A stretch of 64,000 nt of DNA from contig JAWKRX010000028.1 of assembly GCA_041389425.1 (NCBI GenBank), positions 6,388 to 70,387 of the forward strand, in the 5' to 3' direction. The notes under the pieces are model-generated. The model ran no database searches. It was not told the origin of the DNA and saw nothing but the letters and a program-made list of their open reading frames with translations. Positions 17,496 through 29,438 of this stretch are shown piece by piece. The stretch is from Myxococcota bacterium (GTDB taxonomy: Bacteria > Myxococcota_A > UBA9160 > UBA4427). How positions within the stretch are numbered: the stretch's first letter is position 1; the number at the start of each line of letters is the position of its first letter. A program made the translations under genes and the position numbers.

Positions 17496-18992
17496 ATGAG
17501 CCCGACCCCGAATCCGCCCCGCAGCGCCTCCACGCGCCCGCGCCCGCTCGCCGAGATCGCGCGCTGGGACGCGGAATGCGACGTCGTCGTCGTCGGCTTC
17601 GGCGCGGCAGGCGCATCGGCGGCGATCGAGGCCGCCGAGGCCGGTGGGCGCGTCATCCTCGTCGAGGTCGCCTCGGGCAGCGGCGGGACCAGCGCGATGG
17701 CGGGCGGCGACATCTATCTCGGCGGGAACGGCGGGACCGAGGTCCAGCGCGCGAACGGCTTCGTCGACGAGACCGAGGACTTCTTCCGCTACATGATGAT
17801 GGCGGGCGGGCCCGATGCCGACGAAGAACGCGTACGGATGTACGCCGACGGCGCGCTCGCGCATTTCGAATGGCTGAAGGCCCAGGGCGTGCCCTATCGG
17901 AACACCTGGATCCCCGGCAAGCCCGTCATGCCCGGGACCGGCGACTGCCTGATCCTCTCGGGCAGCGAATACGCCTGGCCCTTCAAGGAGCAGGCACGCC
18001 CCTGTCCGCGCGGCCATCTGCCCGAAGCGATCGGCGAGACGGGCGGCTTCATGCTGCTCGACAAGCTCGCGCAGCGCGTGCATGCGCTCGGCGTCGAGGT
18101 CCGCTTCCAGACCCGCGCGCGGGCGCTGGTCGTCGACGAAAAGAATCGCGTCTGCGGCCTCGTCGTCGTCACCGACGGCGAGGAGAAGGCCCTGCGCGCC
18201 CGGGGCGGCGTCGTCCTCTGCGCCGGCGGCTTCGCGCTGAACGAGGACATGCTGCGCCAGTACGTCCCGCTCCGGCCGCGGCTCGGCGCCGATGGCCTCT
18301 CCGGCGGCTACGACGACGGCTCCGGCATCCGCCTCGGGATGAGCGTCGGCGGCGCCGCCATCCACATGGACGAGATCTTCCTGACCCTGCCCTTCGACCC
18401 GCCCGAGTCCCACGTCAAGGGCATCCTCGTGAACGACAAGGGTGCGCGCTTCATCAACGAAGACGCCTACGGCGGGCGCGTCGCGCATTTCATCGCGAGC
18501 CAGATCGGCGATCGCTTTTTCCTGCTCGTCGACGACGCGATCTTCCAGCAGCCCTCGCCCTATTCGAAGATCGAGATCGCCGCCGTCGGCTCGACCTGGG
18601 AAGAGGTCGAGCGCGAGCTCGAGCTGGCGCCCGGCAGCCTCGTCGCGACCGTCGAGGTCTACAACCGCCATGCCGCCAAGGGCGAAGACCCCCTCTTCCA
18701 CAAAGACGCGAACTGGCTGAAGCCCCTCGACGAGCCGCCCTTCGCCGCCCTCGCCTGCCATCTCAAGCAGGCCTACTACCCCTTCTTCACCCTCGGCGGC
18801 CTGCGTGTGCGCCCGACGGGCGAGGTCCTCACGGTCGACGGCGATCCGATCCCCGGCCTCTACGCCGCCGGCCGCACGGCCTGCGGCCTGCCGCGCTGGG
18901 GCAAGGGCTACAGCTCGGGCATGTCGCTCGGGGATTGCACGTTCTTCGGCCGCAAGGCGGGACGCCAGGCGGCGACGACGCCACTCGACTAG
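17496..18992 (+). CDS. FAD-dependent oxidoreductase, 3-ketosteroid Delta4(5alpha)-dehydrogenase/Rv1817-like
   Basis: DVVVVGFGAAG, GGTSAMAGG, DDGSGIRLG, FTLGGL and GYSSGMSLG motifs; recalled similarity to actinobacterial Delta4-KSTD. Confidence 0.75.
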   Translation: MSPTPNPPRSASTRPRPLAEIARWDAECDVVVVGFGAAGASAAIEAAEAGGRVILVEVASGSGGTSAMAGGDIYLGGNGGTEVQRANGFVDETEDFFRYMMMAGGPDADEERVRMYADGALAHFEWLKAQGVPYRNTWIPGKPVMPGTGDCLILSGSEYAWPFKEQARPCPRGHLPEAIGETGGFMLLDKLAQRVHALGVEVRFQTRARALVVDEKNRVCGLVVVTDGEEKALRARGGVVLCAGGFALNEDMLRQYVPLRPRLGADGLSGGYDDGSGIRLGMSVGGAAIHMDEIFLTLPFDPPESHVKGILVNDKGARFINEDAYGGRVAHFIASQIGDRFFLLVDDAIFQQPSPYSKIEIAAVGSTWEEVERELELAPGSLVATVEVYNRHAAKGEDPLFHKDANWLKPLDEPPFAALACHLKQAYYPFFTLGGLRVRPTGEVLTVDGDPIPGLYAAGRTACGLPRWGKGYSSGMSLGDCTFFGRKAGRQAATTPLD

Positions 18993-19954
18993 CAGACGCG
19001 ATTCGGGACCGCCTCGCCGCGCCGCCAGGCCTCGATCGCATCGATCAGGATCCGGCCCATCCCCATGCGCGCCTCGATCGTCGCGCTCCCGATGTGCGGG
19101 ACCATGAAGACGTTCTTGAGATCGAAGTACTCCGGATGGATCGCCGGCTCGCCCGCGAAGACGTCGAGCCCCGCGGCCCAGACCTGCCCCGATTGCAGCG
19201 CGTCGATCAGTGCGCGATCCACGACGAGATCCCCGCGCGCGATGTTGACGAGAATGAGCCCGGGACGCGCCACGGCGAGCAGCGCCTGATTCACGATCCC
19301 TCGCGTCTCGTCCGTCGCAGGACAGGCCAGTACGAGGACGTCGACCTCCGCCGCGAGCGCGGCAATCGAATCCCGGTACTCGGCCCCTGCCTCGAGCGCA
19401 GGCGCGAGCCGCCTGCGATTGCAGTAGAGGATGCGCATGTCGAAGGCACGGGCGCGCGCCGCGATGCGCCGGCCGATGTCGCCCATGCCGAAGATGCCGA
19501 GCGTGCGCCCTGTGAGCTGCCGCCCGACCAGCTGGCCCGGATTCCAGCCGTGCCAGCTCCGCTGGCGGATCATCTCGATCGCCTCCTGGCCCCGGCGCGC
19601 GGCCCCGAGCATCAGGAAGAGCGCATTCTCCGCCACCGAATCCGCGAGCACGCCGGGCGTGTTGAAGACGGCGAGCCCGCGCGCGCGGGCGGCCGCGAGA
19701 TCGATGTGGTCCGTACCGACCGAATAGGTCGCGAGCACACGGACGCGTTCCGGCAGCGCCGCGATCTCGGCCTCGCGCATCGGCACGTCGAGGGAGAACG
19801 CGATGCCGTCGAATGCTTCACCGGCGGCGCGCAGCTCGGCGAGCGGATCCTTCGTCTCGGCGAAGCGCGTCTCGAAGGCCGCAGCGAAGGCCTGCTCGAC
19901 CGGCTCCAGGAAGCGTGAGGCGACGAAGAGCTTGAACCCGTCCGGGCGACTCAA
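18989..19954 (-). CDS. D-isomer-specific 2-hydroxyacid dehydrogenase (glyoxylate/hydroxypyruvate reductase-like)
   Basis: GTDHID, GIFGMGDIG, NIARG, GLDVFAGEP and PHIGSAT motifs. Confidence 0.9.
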   Translation of the reverse strand: MSRPDGFKLFVASRFLEPVEQAFAAAFETRFAETKDPLAELRAAGEAFDGIAFSLDVPMREAEIAALPERVRVLATYSVGTDHIDLAAARARGLAVFNTPGVLADSVAENALFLMLGAARRGQEAIEMIRQRSWHGWNPGQLVGRQLTGRTLGIFGMGDIGRRIAARARAFDMRILYCNRRRLAPALEAGAEYRDSIAALAAEVDVLVLACPATDETRGIVNQALLAVARPGLILVNIARGDLVVDRALIDALQSGQVWAAGLDVFAGEPAIHPEYFDLKNVFMVPHIGSATIEARMGMGRILIDAIEAWRRGEAVPNRVC

Positions 19955-19985
19955 CGCAGCATCCTCCCGCCCGATCGCGCTGCGA

Positions 19986-22900
19986 TCAGGCGACGCCCCT
20001 CGCCTCGACTGCCGGCGACCGCTTCGTCCCCGCGAAGCGCGCGCGCAGCTTTTCGAGCCCGAGATAGAAGACCGGAACGATCAGCAGCGTCAGCAGCATC
20101 GACGTGAACATGCCCGCCGCCGTCGCGACACCCATCGGCGCGCGCGTCTCCGCACCCGGACCGATGCCCATCGCCGAGGGCAGCACGCCGAAGATCATCG
20201 AGAGCGCCGTCATCAGCACGGGCCGCATGCGGATCGGCGCCGCCTTGCGCATCGCCTCCTTCGCCGACATGCCCTCCGCCTGGAGCTGATTGGCGTAGTC
20301 GACGAGCAGGATCGAGTTCTTCGTGACGAGGCCGATCAGCAGCACGATGCCGATCATGCTGAAGAGGTTCAGCGACATGTCGAAGAGCCAGAGCCCGCCG
20401 AGGGCGCCGACCATCGAGAAAGGCAGCGCCGCCATGACGATCAGGGGCTGCACGAAGCTCTCGAACTGAGCCGCGAGCACCATGTAGATGACGAGCACGG
20501 CGAGCAGCATCATGACCATGAACTGCTGGCCCGATTCCTTCATCGCCTCGGCATCGCCCGTGAGGCGGAGCGAAAGCGTCGAGGGCAGGATCTCCTCGGC
20601 GACGCGCTGGGCGCGGGCGACGGCGTCGCCGAGGGCGATGCCCTCGAGGCTCGCCATGACCTTGACGCTGCGTTCGCGATCGGTGCGCGTGATCGAGGCG
20701 GCGGTCGCGCCGCGCTCGACGGTGACGAGGTTGCGCAGCTCGACGAGCTCGCCGTTCCGGGCGCGCACCCAGAGGTCACCGATCGCCGAGAGGTCGTCGC
20801 GCGTCCCTTCTTCCATCCGCATGCGCACGTCGTGGCGCTCCTCGCCGTCGCGGTAGCTCGCGATGTCGAGGCCGCCGATCATGGCGAGCACGGTATCCGC
20901 GACGGTCTGCGCGTCGACGCCGAGCGCTGCCGCCTTGTCGCGATCGGGGACGACCCGCGCCTCGGGCAGACCGACGCGCAGGCTCATCTCCATGTCGACC
21001 ATGCCGCCCTCGGCCTCGAGGCGCTCGATCATCTCGTTGGCATAGCGGTCGAATTCCTCGAGCGTGCCGCTCCCGACGATCTCGACCTCGAACTCGCGGT
21101 CGGAGGAGCCCATCGGATCGACGACGGAGAACTCCTGGCCGGGAATCTCCGAGAGCGCCTTGCGGGCCTCGACCATGATCTCCTGGGCGCTGCGCTTGCG
21201 CTGATCCGCGGGATAGAGCCGGGCGTTCAGCATGCCGTCCGAGGGGCCGCCGATGCTGATCGAGGTCGAGCCGATGGCCGCGAAGATCGAGGCGACCTCG
21301 GGCTGCTCGAGGAACCAGGCCTCGTTCTTCGTGAGGATGTCGACGGTGTTCTCGAGCGAGCTCCCGGGCGGCGTCTTGAAGCGCACGGCGACGAAGCCGG
21401 TATCGGCCGCGGGGAAGAACTCGCCCTTCAGCTGGCTGCCGGCGAGGACGGCGAGCACGACGGCGCCGATCGCGATCGCGGTCGTCTTGCGCGGACTCGC
21501 GATCGACCAGTCGAGCACGCGGCGATAGAGATCCTCGAGGGCCCGGAAGCCGGCCTCGAGCCGGTCGTAGATCTTGCTGCGACCGTGCTCCTTCGGCGGG
21601 GGCATACGAGAGGCGAGCATCGGCGTGATCGTCAGCGCGACGAGCAGGGAGATGATGACGGCGACGGAGACCGTGACGCCGAACTCCGTCAGGAAGCTGC
21701 CCATCTGACCGGTCGCGAAGGCGACGGGGAGGAAGACGGCGGCGACGGAGAAGGTCGCGGCGGCGGCGGCGAGGGTGATCTCGCGGGTGCCGGCGCGGGC
21801 GGCCTCGAAGGCGGTCTTCCCGCCCTCCCGATGGCGCTCGATGTTCTCGAGCACGATGATGGCGTCGTCGATCACGACGCCGATGGCGAGCGTGAGGCCG
21901 AGCAGCGTCATCGTGTTGAGCGTGTAGTCGAAGAGCCAGATCATGCCGAAGGTCGTCACGATCGAGGTCGGGATCGCGAGCGCGACGATCAGCGTCGGGC
22001 GCGTGCGGCGCATGAACACGAACACGACGAAGACGGCGAGCAGCCCGCCGAAGACGAGCGAGAAGAGCGTCTCCTCGAAGGACTCGCGGATCAGCTCGGA
22101 GTTGTCGATGAAGCCGGCCTTCTCGACGATGTGGATGCCCTCGGGCACGCGCTCGCGCAGGATGTCCATGCGCCGGTAGAACTCGTCGACGATCGCGACG
22201 GTGTTGCCGTCGGATTGTTTCTTGACGGCGATCGCGATGCCGGGCTGGCCGTTCATGTGGGACGCGCGGCGAACGTCCTCGGCGCCGTCCTCGATGCGCG
22301 CGACGTCGCCGAGGCGGATCGGGGCGTCGCCGTCCCAGGAGATGACCATGCGCGCGAGCTCGTCGAGAGAGCGGAACTCGGCCGCCGTCTTGAGGGCCCA
22401 TTCGATCTCCGCGCCTTCGACGAAGCCGCCCGGGCGCTCGACGTGTTCGCGGCGAATCGCGGCGAGGACGTCGGAGACGGCGAGCTTGCGGGCGCGCAGG
22501 GCGTCGGGATCGATCCAGATGCGGATGTTGCGCTCGACGGAGCCGTAGACCTCGGTCCCCGCGGCGCCGGGGATGCTCTCGATCATCGGCTTCATGTGGC
22601 GATCGATGTACTCGGTCGCCTCGGTCGCGGGCATCGAGGTCGTGATCGGCGCGAAGATGATCGGGAACATCGAGAAGTCGGCCTTGCCGAGGACCGGCGG
22701 CTCGATCTCCTCGGGCAGCTCGCCCATGCTCATGTTCAGCTTGTCGCGCACGTCCTGCGCCGCGACGTCGAGATCCTGCTCGAGCTCGAACTCCATCATG
22801 ACGCGGGCGACGCCCTGGGCCGACTCGGAGTAGATGTGGCGGATGCCCTCGATGGTGGCGAAGGACTCTTCGAGGACGTCGACGACCTCGTCCTCCATCA

Positions 22901-23072
22901 CGGTCGGCGAGGCACCCTCGAGCTGGACCACGACGCCGACGAACGGGAACGTCATGTCGGGATAGCGATCGATGCCCAGGCGCGAGAAGCCGAGGACGCC
23001 GAACGTCGCGAGCGCGAGCATCAGCATCCACGTCAGGACCGGACGATCGATCGAGACGTCGGAAAGACTCAC
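19986..23072 (-). CDS. RND efflux permease (AcrB/HAE1 family)
   Basis: GTG start MSLSDVSIDRPV overlapping the MFP stop; VVIDDAIIVLENI, LVTKNSILLVDY and RMRPVLMT motifs; 1028 aa. Confidence 0.92.
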   Translation of the reverse strand: MSLSDVSIDRPVLTWMLMLALATFGVLGFSRLGIDRYPDMTFPFVGVVVQLEGASPTVMEDEVVDVLEESFATIEGIRHIYSESAQGVARVMMEFELEQDLDVAAQDVRDKLNMSMGELPEEIEPPVLGKADFSMFPIIFAPITTSMPATEATEYIDRHMKPMIESIPGAAGTEVYGSVERNIRIWIDPDALRARKLAVSDVLAAIRREHVERPGGFVEGAEIEWALKTAAEFRSLDELARMVISWDGDAPIRLGDVARIEDGAEDVRRASHMNGQPGIAIAVKKQSDGNTVAIVDEFYRRMDILRERVPEGIHIVEKAGFIDNSELIRESFEETLFSLVFGGLLAVFVVFVFMRRTRPTLIVALAIPTSIVTTFGMIWLFDYTLNTMTLLGLTLAIGVVIDDAIIVLENIERHREGGKTAFEAARAGTREITLAAAAATFSVAAVFLPVAFATGQMGSFLTEFGVTVSVAVIISLLVALTITPMLASRMPPPKEHGRSKIYDRLEAGFRALEDLYRRVLDWSIASPRKTTAIAIGAVVLAVLAGSQLKGEFFPAADTGFVAVRFKTPPGSSLENTVDILTKNEAWFLEQPEVASIFAAIGSTSISIGGPSDGMLNARLYPADQRKRSAQEIMVEARKALSEIPGQEFSVVDPMGSSDREFEVEIVGSGTLEEFDRYANEMIERLEAEGGMVDMEMSLRVGLPEARVVPDRDKAAALGVDAQTVADTVLAMIGGLDIASYRDGEERHDVRMRMEEGTRDDLSAIGDLWVRARNGELVELRNLVTVERGATAASITRTDRERSVKVMASLEGIALGDAVARAQRVAEEILPSTLSLRLTGDAEAMKESGQQFMVMMLLAVLVIYMVLAAQFESFVQPLIVMAALPFSMVGALGGLWLFDMSLNLFSMIGIVLLIGLVTKNSILLVDYANQLQAEGMSAKEAMRKAAPIRMRPVLMTALSMIFGVLPSAMGIGPGAETRAPMGVATAAGMFTSMLLTLLIVPVFYLGLEKLRARFAGTKRSPAVEARGVA

Positions 23073-24202
23073 GACTGCGCTCCGAGCAGCTCGCCCGACG
23101 CCGTCTCGACCGCGCTCGACTGCGTATCGCGCACGACGACCACCATGCCGTCGGCGAGGCCACCGTGCCCGCGGCGCACGACGCGGTCGCCGGCCGAGAT
23201 GCCTTCGCCGCGGACCTCGATCCTGCCTTTGCTCTGGCGACCGGACGCGACCTGCACGCGCCGGACACGGTCGTCTGCGCCGATCAGGAAGAGCCAGGCG
23301 CTCCCTTCGCGCTGGACGATCGCCTCCTCGGGAACCATCAGCACGCTGCGGCGCTGATCCGTGCCGACGAGCACCCGCGCGAAGAGGCCGGGTCGCAGCA
23401 GCCCGGCGGTGTTGTCGATCTCCGCCTTGATGCGGAGCGTACGCGTCCCCGGGTCGACCGTGGGCGCGATGAAGGTGACGACGGCGTCGAAGGTCTGGTC
23501 GGCCGGCGCCGCGACGCTGACCTCGATCGTCTGGCCGGGGCTCACGCGCTGCGAATCGATCTCGGGGAGGCTGAACGTCACCTCGAGGGGCGACATCGAC
23601 ACGAGCTCGAAGAGGTCCTTGCCGGCCTCCACGTACTCGCCCAGCTCGACCGAGCGTTTGGCGACGAGGCCCGCGAACGGCGCCGAGACGCTCGCGTCCT
23701 TGAGCGCACGATTCGCGACGCCGACGGCCGCCTCCTCGGCGCGCACCGACGATTCGGCCAGCAGCAGCGCCGTCTCCGCCTCTTCGAGCCGCTCCTCGGA
23801 GGCGACGTTCTCCGAGCGCAGCTTGCGCACGCGCTCGACCTTGCTGTTCTCCTGGCGCAGGTTCGCGCGCGCCTGCGCGAGGCGGGCACGCGCAGCGGCG
23901 AGATCGAGGCGGCGGCGCTCGGGATCGATCTGGATGACGACCGCCCCCTTCTCGACCGAACCGCCCTCGTCGACGGAAACCTCCGTGACGCGCCCGGCGA
24001 TCTCCGCCGCGATCATCGTCTGGAAGCGCGCGCGCAGATCTCCGCTCGCGCGGATCTCCTGATCGAAATCGACCGCGGCGATCTCCACGGCCGAGACCGA
24101 AGGCAGGATCTCCTCCGTCGCGATCTGCTCCTCGCGGCAGGCCGACGCAGTGGCCATGAGGGCGATCCCGAGGATCAGGATGCGAAACGTTCGGCCGGTC
24201 AT
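23069..24202 (-). CDS. RND periplasmic adaptor (MFP) subunit, lipoprotein
   Basis: Signal peptide ending ASAC; IAAEIAGRV, VSAPFAGLV, VDPGTRT and LRPGLF motifs. Confidence 0.9.
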   Translation of the reverse strand: MTGRTFRILILGIALMATASACREEQIATEEILPSVSAVEIAAVDFDQEIRASGDLRARFQTMIAAEIAGRVTEVSVDEGGSVEKGAVVIQIDPERRRLDLAAARARLAQARANLRQENSKVERVRKLRSENVASEERLEEAETALLLAESSVRAEEAAVGVANRALKDASVSAPFAGLVAKRSVELGEYVEAGKDLFELVSMSPLEVTFSLPEIDSQRVSPGQTIEVSVAAPADQTFDAVVTFIAPTVDPGTRTLRIKAEIDNTAGLLRPGLFARVLVGTDQRRSVLMVPEEAIVQREGSAWLFLIGADDRVRRVQVASGRQSKGRIEVRGEGISAGDRVVRRGHGGLADGMVVVVRDTQSSAVETASGELLGAQS

Positions 24203-24855
24203 TGCGACACTTTCTCCAGCTCGGCCATGCCGAGGAACAGGGCATCGATGGCTCGCTCGGCGAGGTCGTCGTCCTGGGTGAGTTCGGGCTGCGTCAGTTG
24301 AAGCGAGACGAGGCCGTAGACGAGGGCCCAGAGCACACGGCCGGCGCTGCCGGTATCGAAGCGGCCCGGCGGCCGGCTCTCGCCGTATTGCTCGAGGCTC
24401 TCCTCGACACATCGCCGGACCCGCTCCATCGCGGCCGGCATGCGGCTCTCGCCCTTCCTCGACAGCGTCCACATCAGACGCGTGAAGGTCGGGTTCGTCA
24501 CGCTGAATTCGTAGTAGGCGAGCAGGATCGACCGCAGGCGATCACGCGGATCGCCCGTCGGCTCGACCTCCTCGAGCTCCTCGGCGAGGCGGCCGACGCG
24601 ATCGTCGAGCAGCGCATCGATGAGGCCGTCCTTGTCGCCGAAATGGTGGTAGACCGTCGGCGCCGAATAGCCGGAGCGATCGCCGAGGCGGCGGATCGAG
24701 AAATCCGAGCCGCTCGCCTCGATCATCAGGGCCTCGGTCGCGTCGAGGATCGTGCGGCGCGCTTCCTGGCGCTGGCGCTCACGCCGCTCTTCGATGCGCG
24801 GACCGGATTCGCCGAGCTCGGTGAGGCCGATTGCCCCATTGGACGCGGTAGTCAT
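24199..24855 (-). CDS. TetR/AcrR family regulator of the RND operon
   Basis: SIRRLGDRSGYSAPTVYHHFGDKDGL helix-turn-helix; overlaps the MFP start. Confidence 0.88.
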   Translation of the reverse strand: MTTASNGAIGLTELGESGPRIEERRERQRQEARRTILDATEALMIEASGSDFSIRRLGDRSGYSAPTVYHHFGDKDGLIDALLDDRVGRLAEELEEVEPTGDPRDRLRSILLAYYEFSVTNPTFTRLMWTLSRKGESRMPAAMERVRRCVEESLEQYGESRPPGRFDTGSAGRVLWALVYGLVSLQLTQPELTQDDDLAERAIDALFLGMAELEKVSQ

Positions 24856-24902
24856 CGATCATGAACCTCGAAGCTTGATGCGGATTCGGTCGGTTGATCG
24901 AT

Positions 24903-24929
24903 GTTATAGCTTGAGCACGGCGTTAACGC
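24903..24929 (-). promoter_or_regulatory. Candidate -10 box (TATAAC) and palindrome GCGTTAACGC upstream of tetR-RND
   Basis: AT-rich patch; palindrome at 24920-24929. No convincing -35 box. Confidence 0.35.
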
Positions 24930-25135
24930 TACGCACGCCCTCTCCCGCCGCCCGGGTGGACTCTAACTGCGTTTCAGCCTGCGTGAAGGTGCTCGCCCCG
25001 GAGGGTCGAGGCGGCGGAGGCGATCAACCGCGTCCGATTCACCCCGACTCGGCGGTCATCAGCCGGCCTCGCGGGTTCGAGTGCACTCGGCCGAAGACGG
25101 AGCCCGGCGGAGGCAGGCCCGGCCGGCTGGGTCGA

Positions 25136-25774
25136 TCAGGGCATTCCGTTCCAGCCGATGACCTCGGTCGTCGGCTTGCGGTAGGCGCGCTTGAAGTCGG
25201 TCCCGATCGTGTAGGCGATGGGGAAGAGACCGACCTGGGTGTAGTGCTTCGGAATCCCGAGCAGCTTCGCCATGTCGCCATCGCGCATCAGGTGGCCCGT
25301 CGTCCAGGCGCTGCCGAGACCGCGCGCGCGCAGGGCGAGCATGAAGCTCCAGACCGCCTGGATGATCGAGCCCCAGGAGCTGCCCTGGTTGAACAGATTC
25401 GCCCCCTCCGTGCGGCCCGCCATCAGCGGCAGCAGCAGCGCCGGACAGCGATGGAAGTTCTCGCGGAGATAGGCGACGGAGGTGCCGATCGCCTCGGCGC
25501 CGGGGACGGCGGCGCCCGGATAGCCGCCGACCTTCGCGAGCCCGGCGATGTAGTCGTCGAGCCCGCCGTTGTAGATCTCGGCCGCCTTCGCGATCAGCGC
25601 CGGATCGTCGATCACGATCCAGCGCCAGCTGTTCATGTTCCCGCCATTGGGCGCCTGGAAGGCGATCTGCAGGCATTCGTCGATCAGCTCCCGCGGCACC
25701 TTGCGGTCGAAGTCGAGGCGCTTGCGGACGGCGCGGGTGGTCGTGAGCAGCGTATCCGGATCGAGGTCGAGCAT
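25136..25774 (-). CDS. Nitroreductase family protein
   Basis: TTRAVRKRL, QAPNGGN, WRWIV, LALRARGLGSAWT and PIAY motifs. Confidence 0.9.
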   Translation of the reverse strand: MLDLDPDTLLTTTRAVRKRLDFDRKVPRELIDECLQIAFQAPNGGNMNSWRWIVIDDPALIAKAAEIYNGGLDDYIAGLAKVGGYPGAAVPGAEAIGTSVAYLRENFHRCPALLLPLMAGRTEGANLFNQGSSWGSIIQAVWSFMLALRARGLGSAWTTGHLMRDGDMAKLLGIPKHYTQVGLFPIAYTIGTDFKRAYRKPTTEVIGWNGMP

Positions 25775-25868
25775 TTCGGAACTCCCTCGCCCCGACCGGG
25801 TCGGGCCGGCGGGAGCGGAATCGGTTGGCGTCGGGTCGAGAAGCGGTGCTTCCAGAGATCCGTGTCGT

Positions 25869-27610
<1,742 letters not shown>

Positions 27611-27671
27611 GACTCTGCTGCTCCTTCGTCGAGGGTTCGGGCCGCGCGATGGGTCGCCCGCGGCTTCCGGT

Positions 27672-28037
27672 CTAGCGCGTCGCGTCCGGAGCGGCGGGAT
27701 CGGCCGGGATCCCGACCTGCCAGCCCGCCCCTGCGCTCCGCACGGGATAGCACGTCACGGGCCGGCGGATCGGCATCGCCACCGGCCGGCCGTCCCGCAG
27801 GTCGAGCTGCCCGCCGTGCAGCGGGCATTCGAGGATGGTCCCCTTGATGAGACCACCCTGGAGCGAGGTCTTCACGTGCGGGCACTCGTCGTGCACGACG
27901 AAGGGCGTCCCGCCCGCATTGCAGAGCAGCAGCGCGAGCTCGCCGACCACGAACGTCTCATTGCGGCCGTCGGGCGGGAGCGGAATCGGAATCTCGATCC
28001 ATCGCAGCCCCGGCGGCCCCGAGCCGGTCTCAGTCAC
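27672..28037 (-). CDS. Rieske [2Fe-2S] ferredoxin
   Basis: CPH...CPLHG motif; GTG start overlapping the oxygenase stop. Confidence 0.85.
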   Translation of the reverse strand: MTETGSGPPGLRWIEIPIPLPPDGRNETFVVGELALLLCNAGGTPFVVHDECPHVKTSLQGGLIKGTILECPLHGGQLDLRDGRPVAMPIRRPVTCYPVRSAGAGWQVGIPADPAAPDATR

Positions 28038-29358
28038 GCTGCCCTGCCTGCCCGCCCGGCGTCGACGACCCGCGCGCCCGCTCGCGGCCGCGCTGCAGAT
28101 AGTCCTCGAGGGTCTTGTGGAAATGCAGGATGCGGACCTCCTGGGTCCCGAGATGCAGGCTCTCGAAGGCGCGCGAGCGCATGCCGGCCTGGATCCGCGG
28201 GAGGTTGTAGAGATCCTCGTCGACCAGGTCGCCGCCATTGCATTTGCCGGCCAGGGTATCGCCGTTCGCCGTGCTGTAGTGCTGCTTCTCCGGCCGCGGC
28301 ATGTCGATGGCCGGCGCGTTCACGAGCTCGATGAAGTCGAAGTACATCTTGTTCGGATCGGTCGGATGCGGGCGATGCCAGAAGACCCAGGTGAAGAGCG
28401 CGTGGGTGTTGAAGGTCATGTTCGGGAAGACCGTGTAGTGGAAGTCGTCGCAGAGCTGATCGTCGTTCAGCTCCGAGAGGTCCGCGCCCATGCCCACGCC
28501 GAGCTTCTTCTGCTGCTCGGCGAAGACCTTGCGCGCGTCCTGCCAATCGCCCTCGAAGCTGGCGACGTCGACGCCGACGCGCTTCAGGAACATCTCCTTG
28601 ATGCCGTCGGTCACGGTATTCGCGCCCGGATGCCGCAGGCTCGCCTGGACCTCGGGAAAGAGCATGCGCGTGTGCTTGTCGTAGCAGTCGTAGAGGGTCC
28701 GCGTATCGTCGCTGAATTCGAGCGTCCAGGTATGCGTCGCGGCGAGATGGTAGGCCTCGTTGAAGGCGTCGACGCAGGTCTTCCAGTTGCACTCGATCTC
28801 GACGGTGCAGTCGAACGAGATCTTCCAGTCCTCGAAGTGATAGGGATCGAGATGCTGCGGGATGATGCCGAGGTAGTCGCGCAGCGGCGCCGCGTTCGGA
28901 TCGAGGTTCACGAACACGAAGCCCGCCCAGGTGTCGCAGAGCACCGGCTGCAGATCGAGCTTCTTCCGATCGAGGCCCTGGGGAAAGCATTCGGGATCGA
29001 GCGCCTTCAGGAGCGAGCCGTCGAGGCCGTACTCCCAGCCGTGGAACAGGCAGGCGAACTTCGAGGCGTGGCCGCGGCCGGGCTCGCGCAGGCGATTGCC
29101 GCGGTGCATGCAGACGTTGTAGCGGGCCCGCAGCGAGCCACCTTGCTGGCGCACGACGAGGATCGACTCGGGGCCGAGCTCGAGGGTGAAGTAGTCGCCC
29201 GGGCGCACGAGATCGGATTCGCGGCCGGCGCAGACCCAGGTCTTCGTCCACATGTGGTCCCACTCTTCGCGGGCGTATTCGGGACTCGTATATCGGGTCT
29301 TCGGGATCGGGACGTAGGCGAGGCCGGGATCGGGGGCGCGCTCCATCGGGGTCGGCAT
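28030..29358 (-). CDS. Rieske aromatic ring-hydroxylating oxygenase alpha subunit (SRPBCC catalytic domain)
   Basis: CMHRG...CLFHGW, NWK, EAYHLAATH and EDLYN motifs. Confidence 0.9.
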   Translation of the reverse strand: MPTPMERAPDPGLAYVPIPKTRYTSPEYAREEWDHMWTKTWVCAGRESDLVRPGDYFTLELGPESILVVRQQGGSLRARYNVCMHRGNRLREPGRGHASKFACLFHGWEYGLDGSLLKALDPECFPQGLDRKKLDLQPVLCDTWAGFVFVNLDPNAAPLRDYLGIIPQHLDPYHFEDWKISFDCTVEIECNWKTCVDAFNEAYHLAATHTWTLEFSDDTRTLYDCYDKHTRMLFPEVQASLRHPGANTVTDGIKEMFLKRVGVDVASFEGDWQDARKVFAEQQKKLGVGMGADLSELNDDQLCDDFHYTVFPNMTFNTHALFTWVFWHRPHPTDPNKMYFDFIELVNAPAIDMPRPEKQHYSTANGDTLAGKCNGGDLVDEDLYNLPRIQAGMRSRAFESLHLGTQEVRILHFHKTLEDYLQRGRERARGSSTPGGQAGQRD

Positions 29359-29438
29359 GCGGAATCTCCCTGGGGCTCGGGGCCGGTCACGGGCCGAGCG
29401 TGGACGCCGCGATGGTAGCGGCGCCCGCGCGCGTCGCG

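Noticed and set aside
25040-25110. tRNA-like GGTTCGAGT motif in the intergenic region
   Set aside because: The flanks do not pair as a T-arm (gcggg versus gcact), and there is no acceptor stem or CCA.
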